This document shows positions 58,701-64,000 of a stretch of DNA of 64,000 nucleotides, one piece after another. The first letter of the stretch is position 1. Each line of letters begins with the position of its first letter. The notes beneath the pieces were generated by a model. That model was not told the DNA's origin. It saw only the letters and a program-made list of their open reading frames with translations, and made no database searches. The translations under genes and the position numbers were made by a program. Source of the stretch: Nemertoderma westbladi (lineage: Eukaryota; Animalia; Xenacoelomorpha); NCBI GenBank assembly GCA_032718475.1, contig JAUCBJ010002359.1, positions 1 through 64,000 on the forward strand, given 5' to 3'.

Positions 58701-61700
58701 GCATTCTATTGTTGGGGGAATCCAAGTAGGAACAATTACTGAACACATTGGCATTCTATTGTTGGGGGACCCAAGTAGGAACAATTACTGAACACATTGG
58801 CATTCTATTGTTGGGGGAACCCAAGTAGGAACAATTACTGAACACATTGGCATTCTATTGTTGGGGGAACCCAAGTAGGAACAATTACTGAACACATTGT
58901 CATTATATTGTTGGGGGAACCCAAGTAGGAACAATTACTGAACACATTGGCATTCTATTGTTGGGGGAATCCAAGTAGGAACAATTACTGAACACATTGG
59001 CATTCTATTGTTGGGGGACCCAAGTAGGAACAATTACTGAACACATTGGCATTCTATTGTTGGGGGAATCCAAGTAGGAACAATTACTGAACACATTGGC
59101 ATTCTATTGTTGGGGGACCCAAGTAGGAACAATTACTGAACACATTGTCATTATATTGTTGGGGGAACCCAAGTAGGAACAATTACTGAACACATTGGCA
59201 TTCTATTGTTGGGGGAACCCAAGTAGGAACAATTACTGAACACATTGTCATTATATTGTTGGGGGAACCCAAGTAGGAACAATTACTGAACACATTGGCA
59301 TTCTATTGTTGGGGGAATCCAAGTAGGAACAATTACTGAACACATTGGCATTCTATTGTTGGGGGACCCAAGTAGGAACAATTACTGAACACATTGGCAT
59401 TCTATTGTTGGGGGAATCCAAGTAGGAACAATTACTGAACACATTGTCATTATATTGTTGGGGGAACCCAAGTAGGAACAATTACTGAACACATTGGCAT
59501 TCTATTGTTGGGGGAACCCAAGTAGGAACAATTACTGAACACATTGTCATTATATTGTTGGGGGAACCCAAGTAGGAACAATTACTGAACACATTGGCAT
59601 TCTATTGTTGGGGGAATCCAAGTAGGAACAATTACTGAACACATTGGCATTCTATTGTTGGGGGACCCAAGTAGGAACAATTACTGAACACATTGGCATT
59701 CTATTGTTGGGGGAATCCAAGTAGGAACAATTACTGAACACATTGGCATTCTATTGTTGGGGGACCCAAGTAGGAACAATTACTGAACACATTGGCATTA
59801 TATTGTTGGGGGAACACAAGTAGGAACAATTACTGAACACATTGGCATTCTATTGTTGGGGGACCCAAGTAGGAACAATTACTGAACACATTGGCATTCT
59901 ATTGTTGGGGGAATCCAAGTAGGAACAATTACTGAACACATTGGCATTCTATTGTTGGGGGACCCAAGTAGGAACAATTACTGAACACATTGGCATTCTA
60001 TTGTTGGGGGAATCCAAGTAGGAACAATTACTGAACACATTGTCATTATATTGTTGGGGGAACCCAAGTAGGAACAATTACTGAACACATTGGCATTCTA
60101 TTGTTGGGGGAACCCAAGTAGGAACAATTACTGAACACATTGTCATTATATTGTTGGGGGAACCCAAGTAGGAACAATTACTGAACACATTGGCATTCTA
60201 TTGTTGGGGGAATCCAAGTAGGAACAATTACTGAACACATTGGCATTCTATTGTTGGGGGACCCAAGTAGGAACAATTACTGAACACATTGGCATTCTAT
60301 TGTTGGGGGAATCCAAGTAGGAACAATTACTGAACACATTGGCATTCTATTGTTGGGGGACCCAAGTAGGAACAATTACTGAACACATTGGCATTCTATT
60401 GTTGGGGGACCCAAGTAGGAACAATTACTGAACACATTGGCATTCTATTGTTGGGGGACCCAAGTAGGAACAATTACTGAACACATTGGCATTCTATTGT
60501 TGGGGGAACCCAAGTAGGAAAAATTACTGAACAAATTGGCATTCTATTGTTGGGGGAACCCAAGTAGGAACAATTACTGAACACATTGGCATTCTATTGT
60601 TGGGGAACCCAAGTAGGAACAATTACTGAACACATTGGCATTCTATTGTTGGGGGAACCCAAGTAGGAACAATTACTGAACACATTGTCATTATATTGTT
60701 GGGGGAACCCAAGTAGGAACAATTACTGAACACATTGGCATTCTATTGTTGGGGGAACCCAAGTAGGAACAATTACTGAACACATTGGCATTCTATTGTT
60801 GGGGGAATCCAAGTAGGAACAATTACTGAACACATTGGCATTCTATTGTTGGGGGAACCCAAGTAGGAACAATTACTGAACACATTGGCATTCTATTGTT
60901 GGGGGAACCCAAGTAGGAACAATTACTGAACACATTGGCATTCTATTGTTGGGGGAACCCAAGTAGGAACAATTACTGAACACATTGTCATTATATTGTT
61001 GGGGGAACCCAAGTAGGAACAATTACTGAACACATTGGCATTCTATTGTTGGGGGAACCCAAGTAGGAACAATTACTGAACACATTGGCATTCTATTGTT
61101 GGGGGAATCCAAGTAGGAACAATTACTGAACACATTGGCATTCTATTGTTGGGGGACCCAAGTAGGAACAATTACTGAACAAATTGGCATTCTATTGTTG
61201 GGGGAACCCAAGTAGGAACAATTACTGAACACATTGGCATTCTATTGTTGGGGGAATCCAAGTAGGAACAATTACTGAACACATTGGCATTCTATTGTTG
61301 GGGGACCCAAGTAGGAAAAATTACTGAACAAATTGGCATTCTATTGTTGGGGGAACCCAAGTAGGAACAATTACTGAACACATTGGCATTCTATTGTTGG
61401 GGGAACACAAGTAGGAACAATTACTGAACACATTGGCATTCTATTGTTGGGGGAATCCAAGTAGGAACAATTACTGAACACATTGGCATTCTATTGTTAG
61501 GGGAACACCAGTAGGAACAATTTCTGAACACATTGGCATTCTATTGTTGGGGGAATCCAAGTAGGAACAATTACTGAACACATTGGCATTCTATTGTTGG
61601 GGGAATCCAAGTAGGAACAATTACTGAACACATTGGCATTCTATTGTTGGGGGAACCCAAGTAGGAAAAATTACTGAACAAATTGGCATTCTATTGTTGG

Positions 61701-62592
61701 GGGAACCCAAGTAGGAACAATTACTGAACACATTGGCATTCTATTGTTGGGGGAACCCAAGTAGGAACAATTACTGAACACATTGGCATTCTATTGTTGG
61801 GGGAACCCAAGTAGGAACAATTACTGAACACATTGTCATTACATTGTTGGGGAACCCAAGTAGGAACAATTACTGAACACATTGGCATTCTATTGTTGGG
61901 GGAACCCAAGTAGGAAAAATTACTGAACAAATTGGCATTCTATTGTTGGGGGAACCCAAGTAGGAACAATTACTGAACACATTGGCATTCTATTGTTAGG
62001 GGAACACCAGTAGGAACAATTTCTGAACACATTGGCATTCTATTGTTGGGGGAATCCAAGTAGGAACAATTACTGAACACATTGGCATTCTATTGTTGGG
62101 GGAATCCAAGTAGGAACAATTACTGAACACATTGGCATTCTATTGTTGGGGGAACCCAAGTAGGAAAAATTACTGAACAAATTGGCATTCTATTGTTGGG
62201 GGAACCCAAGTAGGAACAATTACTGAACACATTGGCATTCTATTGTTGGGGGAACCCAAGTAGGAACAATTACTGAACACATTGGCATTCTATTGTTGGG
62301 GGAACCCAAGTAGGAACAATTACTGAACACATTGTCATTACATTGTTGGGGGAACCCAAGTAGGAACAATTACTAAACACATTGGCATTATATTGTTGGG
62401 GGAATCCAAGTAGGAACAATTACTGAACACATTGGCATTCTATTGTTGGGGGAACCCAAGTAGGAAAAATTACTGAACAAATTGGCATTCTATTGTTGGG
62501 GGAACCCAAGTAGGAACAATTACTGAACACATTGGCATTCTATTGTTGGGGGACCCAAGTAGGAACAATTACTGAACACATTGGCATTCTAT
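49731..62592 (+). repeat. Satellite, 50-bp unit TTGTTGGGGGAACCCAAGTAGGAACAATTACTGAACACATTGGCATTCTA, about 257 copies, with 49-bp variants
   Basis: Direct periodicity, highly homogeneous, with zoned variants. Confidence 0.98.
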
Positions 62593-63188
62593 TGTGGATA
62601 TATCTAATATTGGGGGATACGAGGTTAATCACAAATTGGGGGATATTGGGGTCTAATATTGGGGGATACGAGGTTAATCACAAATTAATCTCGTATCACC
62701 CCCAATAACGGGGACAACATATAGCCCCAAAGAGCCACACAAAAGAGGTTAGAGGTCAAGCTAACTCGAGAAGGGAAGTGACAGCAGCGGGGCCGGGGGG
62801 GGGGGGGAAACACTCCCACAGAGGTGGGAGCCGAGAATTAGGTTGTTAGCCAATGAGGGGCGAGGGAGAGCATCCGCTAGGTAGTAAGGCCACAGTAGCG
62901 TAGGGGTGAATATATATTACCAGTTAATTATATTACCGTTCAGTTAACTCAGTCACACAGTGGGGACCAGTGACATTTTGTACCATCACCGTAACGTCAC
63001 CTAACTTCACCACTACTACCTGTACAATCCATTAACATTTATCTGTATATTACCATTAAACTGTGCTATCATATTTTATACCATACCGCCTATATCAATA
63101 TCAGAACAACAACAAACTATTATCTTTTCTCAATTATACGGTGATGTGTAACGAAATAAACCGGTCGGGATCCCCTGATCCCGTCACA
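62593..63188 (+). mobile_element. 5' LTR (TGT...ACA, ~596 bp) of an LTR retrotransposon
   Basis: TGTGGATA...ACCGGTCGGGATCCCCTGATCCCGTCACA. CCAAT near 62849, TATATA at 62911, TCAGTT at 62940, ATTAAA at ~63031-63060; followed by an ORF. Confidence 0.7.
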
Positions 63189-63241
63189 GTACAAAATACC
63201 TGAAAACTGTGACTGCCAGCCACCACGATAAAAGTTAAAAG

Positions 63242-64000
63242 ATGAGCACAGAGCCCCAAGATCTAGAGGGAGAGAGGACACCGCCGCGGACCCCGGACGA
63301 TACCAACGAAACGATCCGTGAGGCCGCGACACGACGGTATCGACCCGCAACGCCGGACTCGCCGGAGAGAGACGATCCGGCAGCCCAAGCGGAGGGTGGC
63401 CGTCTACCACAACGAGGGATTAGCGAGTCGAGAGGACGAGTCGACGCACGATGGTGGTCGAAGTGCCGATGTCGCCGGCCAGCCACAGGCCGAGGGCGAC
63501 GGACGGCCCACCGGAACGGTGACGGTGGGGCCGTCGGTACGACGCCGAACCAGGAGGGGAGGAGGAGAGGTCGACGACGAGGACGTCGGAACCAGTGATC
63601 GGCTCCGACGAGCCTACAACGTGACGAAGAAACAGCTCAGGGAGGCCAGAGAGGGAGCAAAGGTAGACCAAGGGAAGTTGAGCCAGCGACTAGGTGAGTC
63701 AAATAAACATTTTAGATACCTAGTTCGCTTCGGACAGGGAGAACTAGAACTATTTGAACTGTGGCGATCCGGGATTATGGAGCCCCAGATAGTGTACATA
63801 GGGCCGTATTTAGTGGATGCTAGGGGAATTAAGTTAGTGGGTTGGGCAGACCCGCACGAGGGCGAATCCGAGATTAACCCCGAGGATTCGGTCTCGTCGG
63901 TTAGCGAGAACCCCAGAAAGCGGGGGAAAGTTAGCAGGACAGAGAGGCGACGGGGGTCCGTCGCGACCGATAAGTCCGCTACATCCTCCACAAAAGCAAG
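63242..64000 (+). pseudogene. Probable gag-like ORF with a frameshift, running off the window
   Basis: ATG 53 nt after the LTR. A second frame is open from about 63560 to the end (EEEVDDEDVGTSDRLRRAYN...EINPEDSVSSVSE); purine-rich coding-like composition. Confidence 0.45.

Noticed and set aside
1840-62592. Tandem arrays as CRISPR arrays
   Set aside because: No unique spacers, no cas genes, and a eukaryotic spliced-gene context.
49731-62592. 50-bp unit as a satellite hammerhead ribozyme
   Set aside because: It has CTGA and a hairpin but lacks the CUGANGA and GAAA core in the required arrangement.
63120-63991. Minus-strand ORFs at the window end
   Set aside because: Shadows of the GC-rich plus-strand gag-like frame; no motifs.

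Overview
Eukaryotic genomic DNA, probably from a bilaterian invertebrate (inference), and mostly repeats. (1) Four coding exons of a KChIP/KCNIP-family neuronal calcium sensor gene lie on the + strand (6844-7109, 9473-9632, 26048-26163, 28173-28220). Its introns are inflated by three unrelated satellites (40, 52 and 33 bp units) that start or end at the splice sites. (2) A 5.4 kb nest of transposon fragments sits inside the 33-bp array: an RTE-like LINE piece, BEL/Pao gag-protease, a hAT-like element, an LTR and a PIF/Harbinger MITE. A young CRE-like retrotransposon fragment also interrupts that array. (3) A full-length 18.6 kb Polinton/Maverick endogenous virus (31053-49609) has 386-bp TIRs and a 6-bp TSD and is inserted in a LINE. 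It encodes PolB, integrase, packaging ATPase, major capsid, two pentons, a protease and a RING protein, and is itself invaded by a tandem Helitron dimer. (4) A 12.9 kb 50-bp satellite follows. (5) The window ends with the 5' LTR of a retrotransposon that has no tRNA primer-binding site but shows the base-pairing pattern of Tf1-type self-priming. All calls are by eye from motifs; no database searches were run, and copy numbers are length divided by unit size.
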